DNA of 64,000 nt from Eledone cirrhosa. Taxonomy: Eukaryota. Position numbers and translations under genes: made by a program. The notes beneath the pieces were generated by a model. The model was given only the letters and a program-made list of their open reading frames with translations. It was not told the origin of the DNA and made no database searches. The stretch spans positions 52,948,001 to 53,012,000 of the forward strand of contig OZ024750.1 in the NCBI GenBank assembly GCA_964016885.1, given 5' to 3'. Of this stretch, positions 12,206-25,914 are shown in pieces. How positions within the stretch are numbered: position 1 is the first letter of the stretch; every line of letters begins with the position of its first letter.

Positions 12206-14720
12206 GTCCCCACTGTGAATGTGGTTGGTGTAATCTCAATAGCTGGTCCCTCTGTCGGGTCTACAGGGGGTAGTTTCTCTCTCTCCCATTCGTTCTCCAC
12301 ATTCATTAGCCTCTCATAATGACATTTCCAGGCCTCCTTTTTCTGATCATTCATGAAACCAGCATCATTCCAGACACATTTATCTTCAACAACATCCTGA
12401 TTTACACTGACACACTGCCTTGCAATGTGGAACACTGCAAGTCTCTGATCTTCCCATTGCAGGACATTGGCAAACCTCCTACTCTCAGCCTCCCTGCGTG
12501 CTAAGTACACCTGATGTCTAGCTTCTCTCTTAGTGGCTGTATATCCTTCTCTACTCCCACCCTTTTCCCAAGCCTTCCATGCTAGTCTTTTGTCTCTAAT
12601 GGCCCTATCTACCATGCTGTTCCACCACCAGGTCACTCTCTGTCTGGTCGGAGCTCTGCTCCAGCCACAAGTTTCTTTCAGTAGCCTGCAGTAAGCTGTC
12701 ACGTAAGAAATTCTAGTTATTATCTATGCCATACGACTCTAAAACGTCTTCTTTCTCATCATACACATCTTAAAGGTGAAAGGTCTTTTAGTTTCCAGAC
12801 CTTCCTTTTTCACACCTTCCTGTATGTCTCATTTTGTCTCTTGCTTATTGAGATGTCACTAACAACTAACCTATGCTGTGGGGTACATTCTTCCCCGAGG
12901 TATGCCTTGGTATTTGACCCCATCTGTCTGTCTCACTGCCTAACTAGAAAGAAATCAATCTGGCTTATATGCTCGCCTGATTTGTAGGTTATTAGGTGGT
13001 TGGTAGGTTTCTTGAAGTTAGTGTTGCAAATGGTTAGTGTACTTGCATCACAAAATTCAAGAAGCCTCACTCCTTCTTCATTTCTTGAGCCATAACCATG
13101 ACCACCATGTACCTCAGTGTATCCATCCTGGAGCTGTCCAAAATGACCATTAAAGTTACCTGCTAGCATAACGATGTCTCTGTCCTCTGTCATTGTGGCT
13201 GTTTCTAAAAGTTGCTTGTAAAAGCAGTCCTTCTCTTCTTTACCTAGGCCCACCTGGGGAGCCTAGGCAGAGATGATTGTCAGTAGTCTCTTGCCTACAA
13301 CTAATCTAAGCTTAATTATTCGATTATTAACTCTAACTACCTGTATTGTCTCAGCCAAGAAAATGCCTACTCCCCCTGACCCATCATCATTACCCACCCA
13401 GAAAAGCTTATAACTAAGATGTTTGCCTGCGATTAGTCTCGCTGAGGCACCTCTCCATCTCACCTCTTGCATGCGGCACACATTCACATGTCTTCTCTCC
13501 AGCATCTCCTCTATTTCACCAGATCTACCTGTTAGAGTGCCAATATTAAGTGTGGCAACTCTGAGATTTGACGTCTTCATATTCTTGTTCTTGTTCCTGT
13601 TGTGCGATTGCTTGATGACGGTCGAGGGGTTCTCACACATGGCCACACTAGCCACCCCACTACCGTACGCAGCCCTAACATGGTTAGTGTTATTGCTGTT
13701 TACACAGTTGTTGCAATTCTTATTTGTTGTGCTCATAGTTTTTGGCATTAATATATACTGGTTGGATGCCCTTCCTAACACCAGCACCACTTTACAGCAT
13801 GGACTAGGTGCTTTTATTCGTGCCACCAGCACTAGAGAGGTTGTCTTACTGGACTCAGGGGCCCTCTCTACCCCTCCATTTTACAGCATGGACTAGGTGC
13901 TTTTATTCGTGCCACCAGCACTAGAGAGGTTGTCTTACTGGACTCAGGGGCCCTCTCTACCTCTCAATTTTACAGCATCGACTAGGTGCTTTTATTCGTG
14001 CCACCAGCACTAGAGAGGTTGTCTTACTGGACTCAGGGGCCCTCTCTACCCCTCCATTTTACAGCATCGACTAGGTGCTTTTATTCGTGCCACCAGCACT
14101 AGAGAGGTTGTCTTACTGGACTCAGGGGCCCTCTCTACCCCTCCATTTTACAGCATCGACTAGGTGCTTTTATTCGTGCCACCAGCACTAGAGAGGTTGT
14201 CTTACTGGACTCAGGGGCCCTCTCTACCCCTCCATTTTACAGCATGGACTAGGTGCTTTTATTCGTGCCACCAGCACTAGAGAGGTTGTCTTACTGGACT
14301 CAGGGCCCCTCTCTACCCCTCCATTTTACAGCATGGACTAGGTGCTTTTATTCGTGCCACCAGCACTAGAGAGGTTGTCTTACTGGACTCAGGGGCCCTC
14401 TCTACCCCTCCATTTTACAGCATCGACTAGGTGCTTTTATTCGTGCCACCAGCACTAGAGAGGTTGTCTTACTGGACTCAGGGGCCCTCTCTACCTCTCC
14501 ATTTTACAGCATGGACTAGGTGCTTTTATTCGTACCACCAGCACTAGGGAAGTTGTTTTACTGGACTTAGGGGACTCCTCTACCCAGCACCAATTTATTC
14601 GGAGTGGAAGCTCTACTAGATGGGTTGCCTACACTATGGCTTACGGAGCCTTCATCCACCCCTTGTCTGTCCTATGCTATACTCACGAGGGAATGGTTAG
14701 CATACAGCGTCAGGCATGTA
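12206..14720 (-). mobile_element. 5' half of an RTE LINE: 5'UTR (with 89-bp expansion) + APE endonuclease region, 3'-truncated
   Basis: ORFs 13263..13832 (LRVATLNIGTL, MQEVRW, GVGI, ISA), 12933..13253 (GNFNGH, RNEEG, SQIDF) and 12148..12702 (TWWWN). Confidence 0.85.
13791..14585. repeat. 89-bp tandem repeat, about 9 near-identical copies
   Basis: Unit TTTACAGCATGGACTAGGTGCTTTTATTCGTGCCACCAGCACTAGAGAGGTTGTCTTACTGGACTCAGGGGCCCTCTCTACCCCTCCAT; starts at 13791, 13880 and onward. Confidence 0.95.
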
Positions 14721-15003
14721 TACCAAATGTGGTGTAGGTGGGTTGGGTGGGTGGGAGGTGAGAACTTATTTATAGGCACACACATTCAACACAGCTTTTT
14801 TATCACATACAAATTTCATACATATATATATATATACAACCGAAAAAGTTGGAGACATAAAAAGGCGACACTTATCTTATTCGGAGTTCTCATAACAACA
14901 GCTTATTTTTAACATAGAAAATCACAGTGTTGAGCACATGCTGAGCTAATGGAATTTTCTATCACACACGAATGTGGCGTATACATACATATTTATAGGC
15001 ATA

Positions 15004-15034
<31 letters not shown>

Positions 15035-15121
15035 GGGTGTATATATATATATATAAAACTAAGTGAGAAAAAACTCAATTTATGGGAGTACAAACCTGAC
15101 AGACAAAAACAATATTTCATG

Positions 15122-15353
15122 TGTAGCGACTAGCGCCACCTTGCCCAGGGAGAAAAAACTAATTGGAGTTACTTCCCGTTGAATTCTAGAAGATTCCTTG
15201 AACTTCCGGTCTAGGGATTATAAAGGACGGCTCACGGACAGGTCACTCACAAGCGAGTTTGTTAACTTTATTATATCTGTATCGAATTAAATTAGTGGTT
15301 GGCCTGCAGTGGCGTTTACCAAAGTAAATAACCCTGTGACCTGTTTCACTAAA
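15122..15353 (+). mobile_element. Probable solo LTR (232 bp) with CATG TSD
   Basis: Starts TGTAGC and ends ..CACTAAA (one change from CTACA). CATG at 15118-15121 and 15354-15357. Shares AACTTCCGGTC..TATAAA with the 322-bp LTR; AGTAAA near the end. Confidence 0.5.
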
Positions 15354-15599
15354 CATGTAAACTCGCTTCTATAAAGATCTACCATGGTTTTATTTGCAGG
15401 AGAATTCTTATTGGAACCACCAATAATTGAAGAATCCGCAATACTTCAAAAGCTAAGAGAATATTGACCGAGAAATTATACATACTGTTTCATTTGGCAA
15501 GGTAGCATGCTGAACAAAACATACGTTGTGTAGTAAAAATATTACATGATCAAAAATCTAACATATTAGGATTATGTGACAGGCTTATACAATCACAAA

Positions 15600-15870
15600 T
15601 ACAAGTGGCGGAAATGGAATTCCTCTGAAGGTTCTTTGGAGTAATGTTGCTCGATAGAGTGTGTTGCTCGGAGATGAGAGAGTCACTCCAGGTATAATAG
15701 CTACTTCTCTGAATTGAGAGATCACAGCTCCGATACTATGGACATGTGGTTAGAATGTCTCAGAAAAGAATCACTGGACAGAAGAAGAAGAAGAAGAAGA
15801 AGAAGAAGAAGAAGAAGAAGAAGAAGAAGAAGAAGAAGAAGGAAGCGGAGGAGGAGAAGAAAAAGAAGGA
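15600..15870 (+). mobile_element. Degenerate 3' fragment of an RTE family with a (GAA)n tail
   Basis: GAGAGATCACAGCTCCGATACTATGGACATG is homologous to about 33610-33645 (-); (GAA)n at 15781-15840. Confidence 0.6.
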
Positions 15871-15958
15871 GGCGAGATATTTCATTATCAAATGCTGCTT
15901 GACATTTTATCTTTCTGCCGTCCAGTTTTGAAATATGCTGCTAAGGGTTTCAAAAATT

Positions 15959-17687
15959 GTATTTGTGTATGTCTGTGTGTGTATGTGTCTGTGTGTGTAT
16001 GTCTGTGTGTGTATGTGTCTGTGTGTGTATGTCTGTGTGTGTATGTGTCTGTGTGGGTATGTCTGTGTGTGTATGTGTCTGTGTGTGTATGCCTGTGTGT
16101 GCATGTGTCTGTAAATATGTGTATGTCTGTGTTTGTATGTGTCTGTAAATGTGTGTATGTCTGTGTGTGTATGTGTCTGTAAATGTGTGTATGTGTCTGT
16201 AAATATTTATATGTCTGTGTGTGTATGTGTCTGTAAATGTGTGTATGTCTGTGTGTGTATGTGTCTGTAAATATGTGTATGCCTGTGTTTGTATGTGTCT
16301 GTAAATATGTGTATGTCTGTGTGTGTATGTGTCTGTAAATATGTGTATGTCTGTGTGTGTATGTGTCTGTAAATGTGTGTATGTCTGTGTGTGTATGTGT
16401 CTGTAAATATGTGTATGTCTGTGTGTGTATGTGTCTGTAAATGTGTGCATGTCTGTGTGTGTATGTGTCTGTAAATGTGTGTATGTCTGTGTGTGTATGT
16501 GTCTGTAAATATGTGTATGTCTGTGTGTGTATGTGTCTGTAAATGTGTGTATGTCTGTGTGTGTATGTGTCTGTAAATGTGTGTATGTCTGTGTGTGTAT
16601 GTGTCTGTAAATGTGTGTATGTCTGTGTGTGTATGTTTCTGTAAATGTGTGTATGTCTGTGTGTGTATGTGTCGGTAAATATGTGTATGTGTCGATAAAT
16701 ATGTGTACGTCTGTGTGTGTATGTGTCTGTAAATATGTGTATGTCTGTGTGTATGTGTCTGTAAATGTGTGTATGTCTGTGTGTGTATGTGTCTGTAAAT
16801 GTGTGTATGTCTGTATGTGTATGTGTCTGTAAATGTGTGTGTGTATGTGTCTGTAAATATGTGTATGTCTGTGTGTGTATGTGTCTGTAAATATGTGTAT
16901 GTCTGTGTGTGAATGTGTCTGTAAATGTGTGTATGTCTGTGTGTATGTGTCTGTAAATATATGTATGTCTGCGTGTGTATGTTTCTGTAAATGTGTGTAT
17001 GTCTGTGTGTGTATGTGTCTGTAAATATGTGTATGTCTGTGTGTATGTGTCTGTAAATGTGTGTGTGTCTGTAAATGTGTGTATGTCTGTGTGTGTATGT
17101 GTCTGTAAATGTGTGTATGTCTGTGTGTGTATGTGTCTGTAAATATGTGTATGTCTGTGTGTGTATGTGTCTGTAAATATGCGTATATCTGTGTGTATGT
17201 GTCTGTAAATGTGTGTATGTCTGTGTGTGTATGTGTCTGTAAATATGCGTATATCTATGTGTCTGTGTGTGTATGTCTGTGTGTGTATGTATCTGTAAAT
17301 GTGTGTATGTATCTGTAAATGTGTGTATGTCTGTGTGTGTATGTGTCTGTAAATATGTGTCTGTCTGTGTTTGTATGTGTCTGTAAATGTGTGTATGTCT
17401 GTGTGTGTATGTGTCTGTAAATATGTGTCTGTATGTGTGTGTATGTGTCTGTAAATGTGTGTATGTCTGTGTGTATGTGTCTGTAAATATGTGTATGTCT
17501 GTGTGTGTATGTGTCTGTAAATATGTGTCTGTCTGTGTTTGTATGTGTCTGTAAATGTGTGTATGTCTGTGTGTCTATGTGTCTGTAAATATGTGTCTGT
17601 CTGTGTGTGTATGTGTCTGTAAATGTGTGTATGTCTGTGTGTGTATATGTCTGTAAATGTGTGTATGTCTGTAAATGTTTGTGTGTA
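15959..17687. repeat. TG-rich compound minisatellite, dominant 34-bp unit
   Basis: GTCTGTAAATGTGTGTATGTCTGTGTGTGTATGT repeated. Confidence 0.95.
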
Positions 17688-18689
17688 ACATCCAGCTAGC
17701 TTCTCTGTCCTAGATATACTCTAATATTGAGTACAGTTTTAGCTTTTTATAAATATATTCTTTTATTGGTTTCAGTTATTAGACTGCAGCCATGCTGAGG
17801 CACTGCTTTGATTTAGTCAATCACATTGATCCCAGTACTTTTTTTCTTCAAATCTGTAACTTATTTTATCGATCCTTTGTCAAACCACAAGTTACAGGAC
17901 ATAGATATATACACATATATATTTGTGGTGATAGGAAGGTCATCCAGCCATAAAAACCAAGCCAGAAACAGTTCTGTATGAGTAAAACATGGTCATCTCA
18001 CCTGACATATCTCAAATGGGACAATTCGTTTAACCCATGGACATTAAATGGTGCTGATGATAATGATGATATATATATACAATGGGCTTCTGCAGTTTCT
18101 ATCTACCAAATTTCACTCACAAGGTGTCAACACAAGGCTATAATAGAAGATATCTGCCCAAGGTTATATGCTTACAAAGTGAACTCCTTAACCACACTGC
18201 CATATCTGGTCAGCAACATTATAGATCTGTTGTACATTAGTCTGTGTTAGCTCATGGCCAGGCCCCTAGGCTTTCATGTATTTTGGGCCCTAATTGGCAC
18301 TTTCATCAAGTCTTTCATCCCACTACAGCATAAAGCTTATGAATAATGGTTTAGGCACGAGGTCAACAAATTTTTAGGGGAGGGAAAAGTTGATTAAATT
18401 GACCCCAGTGCATTACTGATATTTTATTTTATCTATCTTGTAAAGATGAAATACAAAGCTAACCTCGGCAGGATTTGAACACAAAATGTAAAGGGACATA
18501 ACTCTATGTTGCAAAGTATTTCGTCTAGCACTCTACCGATTACTGCCCATCCATTGACTCAGCAGCCATAATAACACCTTGCTCATACATATTACTGTGT
18601 ATAGTGTTAAGTATATATAGTATTAAACCTCTGTTTCAACAAAGTGTTCCAGTTGTTCAAATAATGAAAAAGCCTATTCATGGAATAAT

Positions 18690-18930
18690 ATGCAAGTGGC
18701 TGAGCATTCCAGATATACATTCCTCCTTAAAGTTCTCCTCAGGAAAATTCAACAACGCACAGGATGTAATGAGGCTAACCCTTTGAATTATAGATACAAT
18801 TCATTTATTTTACTTCAGTTGAGTGAACAGGAACAATGTGAAATTAAATTACTTGCTCAAGGATACTCTTCCGAGAATGAAACTCACAACCATACAATCA
18901 TGAGGTGAATACCCCTGACCACTAACCCAT
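18690..18930 (-). mobile_element. Decayed tRNA-derived SINE
   Basis: Similar to the SINE at 29340-29674 (CAATGTGAAAT..TTGCTCAAG..GAGAAT.GAACTCACAACC..ACCACTAA). Confidence 0.6.
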
Positions 18931-21900
18931 TAAATAGATGACACTGTAACACTGACCACTAACCCATTAGATAGATTACACTGTAACCGTGAACACTAAG
19001 CCATTAAATAGATGACACTGTAACCCTGACCACAAAGCCATTAAATAGATGACAGTGTAACCATAAACACTAGGCCATTAAATAGATGATACTGTAACCC
19101 TGACCACTAACCAATTAAATAAATGACACTGTAACTCTGAACACTAACCCATTAAATAGATCACACTGTAACCCTGAACACTAACCCATTAAATAGATGA
19201 CACTGCAACGCAGAACACTAATCCATTAAATAGATGACACTGTAACCGCGAACACTAACCCATTAAATAGATGACACTGTAACTCTGAACACTAAACCAT
19301 TAAATAGACGACACCCTAACGCTGAACTCTGAGCCATTAAATAGATGACACTGTAAACATGAACACTAAGCCATTAAATAGATAACACTGGAACCCCGAC
19401 CACTAACCCATTAAATAGATGACGCTGTAACTCTGAACACTAACCCATTAAATAGATGACACTGTAACCCTGAACACTAATCCATTAAATAGCTGACACT
19501 GTAACCCTGAACACTAACCCATTAAATATATGACATGGTAACCCTGACCACTAACCCATTAAATAGACAACACTGTAACCCTGTCCAATGACCCATTAAA
19601 TAGATGACACTGTAACTCTGAACACTAAACCATTAAATAGAAGACGCTGTAACTCTGAACACTAAGCCATTAAGTAGATGACGTTGTAAGCCTGAACACT
19701 AACCCATTAAATAGCTGACACTGTAACCCTGAACACTAACACATTAAATAGATGACACTGTAACCCTGAACAATAACACATTAAATAGATTACACTGTAA
19801 AGCTGAACACTAACCCATTAAATAGATGACGCGTAACCCTGACCACTAAGCCATTAAATAGATGACACTGTAACTCTGAACACTAAGCCATTAAATAGAT
19901 GACACTGTAACTCTGAACACTAACCCATTACATAGATGACACTGTAACTCTGAACACTAACCCATTAAATAGATTACACCGTAACCCTGATCACTAACCC
20001 ATTAAATAGATGATATTGTAACTCTGAACACTAACCCATTAAATAGATGACACTGTAACTCTGAACACTAACCCATTAAATAGATGGCACTGTAACTCTG
20101 AACACTAGCCCATTAAATAGATGACACTGTAACCCTGAACACTAACCCATTAAATATATGACGCGTAACCCTGACCACTAAACCCTTAAATAGATGACAC
20201 TGTAACCCTGATCACTAACCCATTAAATAGATGATATTGTAACTCTGAACACTAACGCATTAAATAGATGACACTGTAAACCTGACCACTAACCCATTAA
20301 ATAGATGACACTGTAACCCTGACCTCTAAGCCATTAAATAGATTACAATGTAACCATGACCACTAACCGATTAAATAGATGACGCTGTAACTCTGAACAC
20401 TAACCAAGTAAATAGATGACATGTAACCCTGAATAATAACCCATTAAATAGATGACACTGTAACCCTGAATACTAATGCATTAAATAGATGACACTGTAA
20501 CCTGACCACTAAGCTATTAAATAGATGACACTGTAACCCTAACCACTAACACATTAAATAGATGACACTCTGACCCTGACCACTAACCCATTAAATAGAT
20601 GACACTGTGACCCAGACCTCTAAGCCATTAAATAGATTACAATGTAACCATGACCACTCAGCTATTAAATAGATGACACTGTAACTCTGAACACTAACCC
20701 ATTAAATAGATGACAATGTAACTCTGAACACTAACCCATTAAATAGATGACAATGTAACTCTGAACACTAACCCAGTAAATAGATGACATGTAACCCTGA
20801 CCACTAAGCCATTAAGTAGATGACACTGTAAACCTGAACACTAGGCAATTAAATAGATGACACTGTAACCCTAACAACTAACCCATTAAATCGATGACAC
20901 TGTAACTCTGATCACGAAGCCATTAAATAGATAACACTGTAACTCTGACCATTAAGGCATTAAATAGATGTCACTGTAACTCTGACCACTAAGCCATTAA
21001 ATAGATGACATGTAGCCATGACCACTAAACCATTAAATAGATTACGCTGTAACCCTGAACACTAACCCATTAAATAGATGACACTGTAACCATGAACACT
21101 AAGTCATTAAATAGATGACACTGTAACTCTGACCATTAAGGCATTAAATAGATGACGTTGTAACTCTGAACACTAAACCATTAAATAGAAGACGCTGTAA
21201 CCCTGAACACTAACCCATTAAATAGCTGACACTGTAACCCTGAACACTAACCCATTCAATATATGACATGGTAACCCTGACCACTAACCCATTAAATAGA
21301 TGACACTGTAACCCAGTCCAGTAAGCCATTAAATAAATGACACTGTAACTCTGAACACTAACCCATTAAATATATGACACTGTAACCCTGAACACTAACC
21401 GATTAAATAGATGACATGTAACCCTGACCAGTAACCCATTAAATAGATGACACTGTAACCCTAACCACTAACCCATTAAATAGATGACACTGTAACCTGA
21501 CCACGAACCCATTAAATAAATGCCACTGTAAATATGTACACTAACCCATTAAATAGATGATACTGTAACTCTCAACATTAACCCATTAAATAGAAGACAC
21601 TGTAACTATGAACACTAACCCATTAAATAGATGACACTGTAACCCTGATCACTAACCTATTAAATAGATGACACTGTGACCCTGAAGAGTAACCCATAAA
21701 TAGATTACACTGTAACCCTGATCTCTAAGCCATTAAATAGATGACACTGTAACCCTGACCAATAACCCATTAAATAGATTACGCTGTAACCCTGACCACT
21801 AAGCAATTAAATAGCTGAGATGTAACCATGACCACTAACCCATTAAATAGATGACATTGTAACCCTGACCAATAACCCATTAAATATATGACGGTGTAAC

Positions 21901-23300
21901 TCTGAACACTAACCAATTAAATAGATGACGGTGTAACTCTGAACACTAACCCATTAAATAGATGACACTGTGGCCCTGAACATTAGGCTATTAAATAGAT
22001 TACACTGTAACACTGACCACTAACCCATTAAATAGATGACACTGTAACTCTGTACAGTAACCCATTAAATAGATGACACTGTATCTCTGAACACTAATCC
22101 ATTAAATAGATGACACTGTAACTCTGAACACTATCCCATTAAATAGATGACACTGTACCTCTGAACACTAACCCATTAAATAGATGACACTGTAACCCTG
22201 ACCACTAACCCATTAAATAGATGACACTGTATATCTGAACATTAGGCCATTAAATAAAATATACTGTAACTCTGAACACTAACCCATTAAATAAATGACA
22301 CCTTAACTCTGAACACTAACCCATTAAATAGTTGACACTGTAACTCTGAACACTAACCCATTAAATAGTTGACACTGTAACTCTGAACACTAACCCATTA
22401 AATATATGACGCTGTAACTCTGAACACTAACCCATTAAATAGATGGCACTGTAACCCTGACCACTAACCATTAAATAGATTACGCTGTAACCCTGACCAT
22501 TAAGCAATTAACTAGATGACATGTAACCATGACCACTAACCCATTAAATAGATGACACTGTAACCCTGACCAATAACCCATTAAATATATGACACTGTAA
22601 CACTGAACACTAACCCATTAAATAGATGACAGTGTAACTCTGAACACTAACCCATTAGATAGATGACACTATGACCCTGAACACTAGGCTATTAAATAGA
22701 TGACACTGTAACCCTGACCACTAACCGATTAAATAGATGACACTGTAACTCTGAATACTAACCCATTAAATAGATGACACTGTAACTCTGAACACTATCC
22801 CATTAAATAGATTACTCTGTACCTCTGAACACTAACCCATTAAATAGATGACACTGTAACCCTGTCCACTAACCCATTAAATAGATGACACTGTATCTCT
22901 GAACATTAGGCCATTAAATAGATGACACTGTAACTCTGACCACTAACCCATTAAATAGATGACAATGTAACTCTGAACACTAACCCATTAAATAGATGAC
23001 ACTGTAACTCTGAACACTAACCCATTAAATAGATGACACTTTAACTGTGAACACTAACCCATTAAATAGATTACACTGTAACCTTGACCACTAACCCATT
23101 AAATAGACGGCACTGTAACCCTGAGCACTAACCCATTAAATAGATGACACTGCAACCCTGACCACTCACCAATTAAATAGATGACCCTGTAACCCTGACC
23201 ACTAACCCATTAAATAGATGACACTGTTACCCTGACCACTAACCCATTAAATAGATGACACTGCAACCCTGACCATTAACCCATTAAATAGATGTCACTT
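18912..23300. repeat. 37-bp satellite, about 118 diverged copies
   Basis: Unit CCATTAAATAGATGACACTGTAACCCTGAACACTAAC; period 37 (19445 to 19482). Confidence 0.97.
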
Positions 23301-24060
23301 TGTAAAACATTTTTAAGGAGAGGAAACTCACTTTGTATATCGTCAGTTCAATGTTGTATTGCTATAATCACTGTTCACCATCATCCTCATCATTTTCATC
23401 TTTATTATGATCATCGTGATCATCATCATCATTATCACCATTGTTATTATCAGTCATCAACCTCACCACCATCATCATTGTTCTCATCATCATCATCACC
23501 ATCATCATCATCATAACATGTTTATTCTCAATGCCATCGTGTTTTCTACATGTATGTAATACAATATCAGGTTTTATCAGAAAAAATAATAAAATGTCAA
23601 AGTACTAATTAGGTTATTTACAATCTGAATATTTTACTAACTAGTTTTTACTACATACATATTATAGCACATATACACCAACCTACATATATAGAATGGT
23701 CCTCCATCAGGTTCAATGATGATTGTTCTAGTTGTTTGACCAATGGAACAGCTTGCTCATCAAATTAATGTACAAGTGACTAAGCATTCTACAGTCAGGT
23801 GTAACTATGCAATGTGGGACAAAGCTGACCCAGTGAATTACAGGTACAGTCCATTTATTATATTGCAAGTGGGCTGAACATTCCTTATCATGAAATTAAC
23901 GTTCAACTGACTGAGCATTCCACAATCAAGTGCATTCTTAACATAAATCTCAGGGAGATTCAGCTAGCTCTTTGAATTACAGATAGAGTCTGACAGGCTA
24001 CCCAACAGTTTCCATCTCCCCAATTTTACTCACAAGTATTGACCCAAAGCTATGGTGACA

Positions 24061-24300
24061 CTTGACCAACCCATGCAGGTGTACAATAGACCTGTCCAAC
24101 CCATGCAGGTGTAGAAAAGACTTGTCCAACCCATGCAGGTGTACAATAGACCTGTCCAACCCATGCAGGTGTACAATAGACCTGTCCAACCCATGCAGGT
24201 GTACAATAGACTTGTCCAACCCATGCAGGTGTACAATAGACTTGTCCAACCCATGCAGGTGTACAATAGACCTGTCCAACCCATGCAGGTGTAGAAAAGC
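24061..24300. repeat. 30-bp minisatellite x8 derived from the RTE tail
   Basis: CCTGTCCAACCCATGCAGGTGTACAATAGA, compared with the tail CCGTCCAACCCATGCAAGCATGG. Confidence 0.9.
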
Positions 24301-25859
24301 AGATGTAAAAAGATGATTTCTTTCAACTAAGGTGAAAATATTTTAGTTGAATTTTGAAATGAAACGTTGAGATCAATTCTGGAATAAAGTAATTCTGTGA
24401 TAATAGTTTTATTTGTATTACTATTTTAATTTTTTCACCACTTTTCTTTGTTTTGTTGTTGTTTTTGAGGGGGGGGGGTCAAGAATCTGAGACAAAGTTC
24501 TCTTTTAATTAACGTGTTGTATATGAGGGGACTGTTTAATGAGAAAATAATTTACAAAGCTATTTAACAATTTAATTAAACTCAGTGGTTACTTCTGAAA
24601 GGTAACAAAAATTTACAAGCACACACAGACATTACACACATACTCTTATTAAGCACATACATGCACAAAGACACACTCACACTTATACACACACAAACAC
24701 ATATATAACAAATATATACATTCGTATATAGTTACATATACAAATACATATATGTACATATACATAGCTACATGAATACATACAAACATACATGTATACA
24801 TATGTCTATACAGACAGACATACTGACAGACAGTTTCATTAGACAAAGCAAATGAATAATGAGTATAAAAATGAGTCAGAAAAACAAAGATGTGTACACT
24901 CCCTCAATCACACACTCCAGCAAAGAATATCGGAGTTTCCCTGGAAAAATGTTTCAGGCAACTCATAATATTTGTGGCATAACCATAAATGATAGCAAGG
25001 CTGAGGCACTGGAACAGCCAAGCACCCTTACAAGCATCACCTGATACTTCAGTATGAGAAGCCACCAGCAATGACAAAAACTTTGTTGCCAACTGCTAAG
25101 CTCCCCCCACCGAAATAGTTTGAATGCACCACCACGCCACCCCATCAGCACCAACACCAATTCTTTCATTGGAAAAATTGTTCAAATCAAACTTGAAGCA
25201 GAACTGGATTTAGAAGAACATTATTTTCAGTCAAACACATAAAATTCCTAAAACTGTCTTAATACTTTTGATACTATACTGCCTCTGGTTCTACGATAGA
25301 AAACTGGTTATTTTAAAGTATTTATATTTATCTAAAAACCTTCCTTTATAATTTCACGTAATAAACTTGATATTCCAAAAACTAACTTAATAATGAGAAA
25401 GTTAGTTATATTATTAAATCTCCCCATATATATGATAATTTTCAAAATGATTTGAAAATTACAGGCAGCGTCTTTCATTAGAAATATGGTAAGAAAACAG
25501 TTAAACTGTTCAAGAGATTAAGGTTGCCTCTCAATAACAGGATTGGTCCTCCAATGAGCTGCTTCTTCACAGTTTCCATGTACCTAATTCCTCACACAGG
25601 GTTCAGTTCAATCCCAGGTTATAATAGAAGACAGTAAGATGAAACCCAGAACAATTTGATTGTTATGCAAACTCCTTAATCACACAGCCATGTCTGCACC
25701 ATGCATATGAGTGAGGATGGAAGCAGATCTCAGAATGCTGACCCTCCCAGGAGAGATGACAAATGCAACAAGCTGAAGGAAGGTGTGCTGGAGAGGACTC
25801 ATTTATTTAACCCATGTAAGCGTGGTAAAATATGTAAAATGATCATATTAATGATGATA

Positions 25860-25897
<38 letters not shown>

Positions 25898-25914
25898 CTC
25901 CCATAAACGAACTA

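Noticed and set aside
14640-14720. HDV-like ribozyme in the RTE 5'UTR (minus strand: TATGCTA..ATT-CCCTCGTG-AGT..TAGCATA-GG)
   Set aside because: P1, P3 and L3-like pieces exist, but the G1 pair, P2 and P4 could not be closed convincingly by eye; needs a covariance-model search.
15400-15501. Possible exon (TTTATTTGCAG acceptor, AAG|GTAGCA donor)
   Set aside because: All three frames hit stops before the donor; at best a terminal exon (EFLLEPPIIEESAILQKLREY*), with no supporting homology.
18912-23300. CRISPR-like or telomeric array (37-bp period, contains TAACCC)
   Set aside because: No unique spacers, no cas genes, eukaryotic context; TAACCC is not tandemly repeated.
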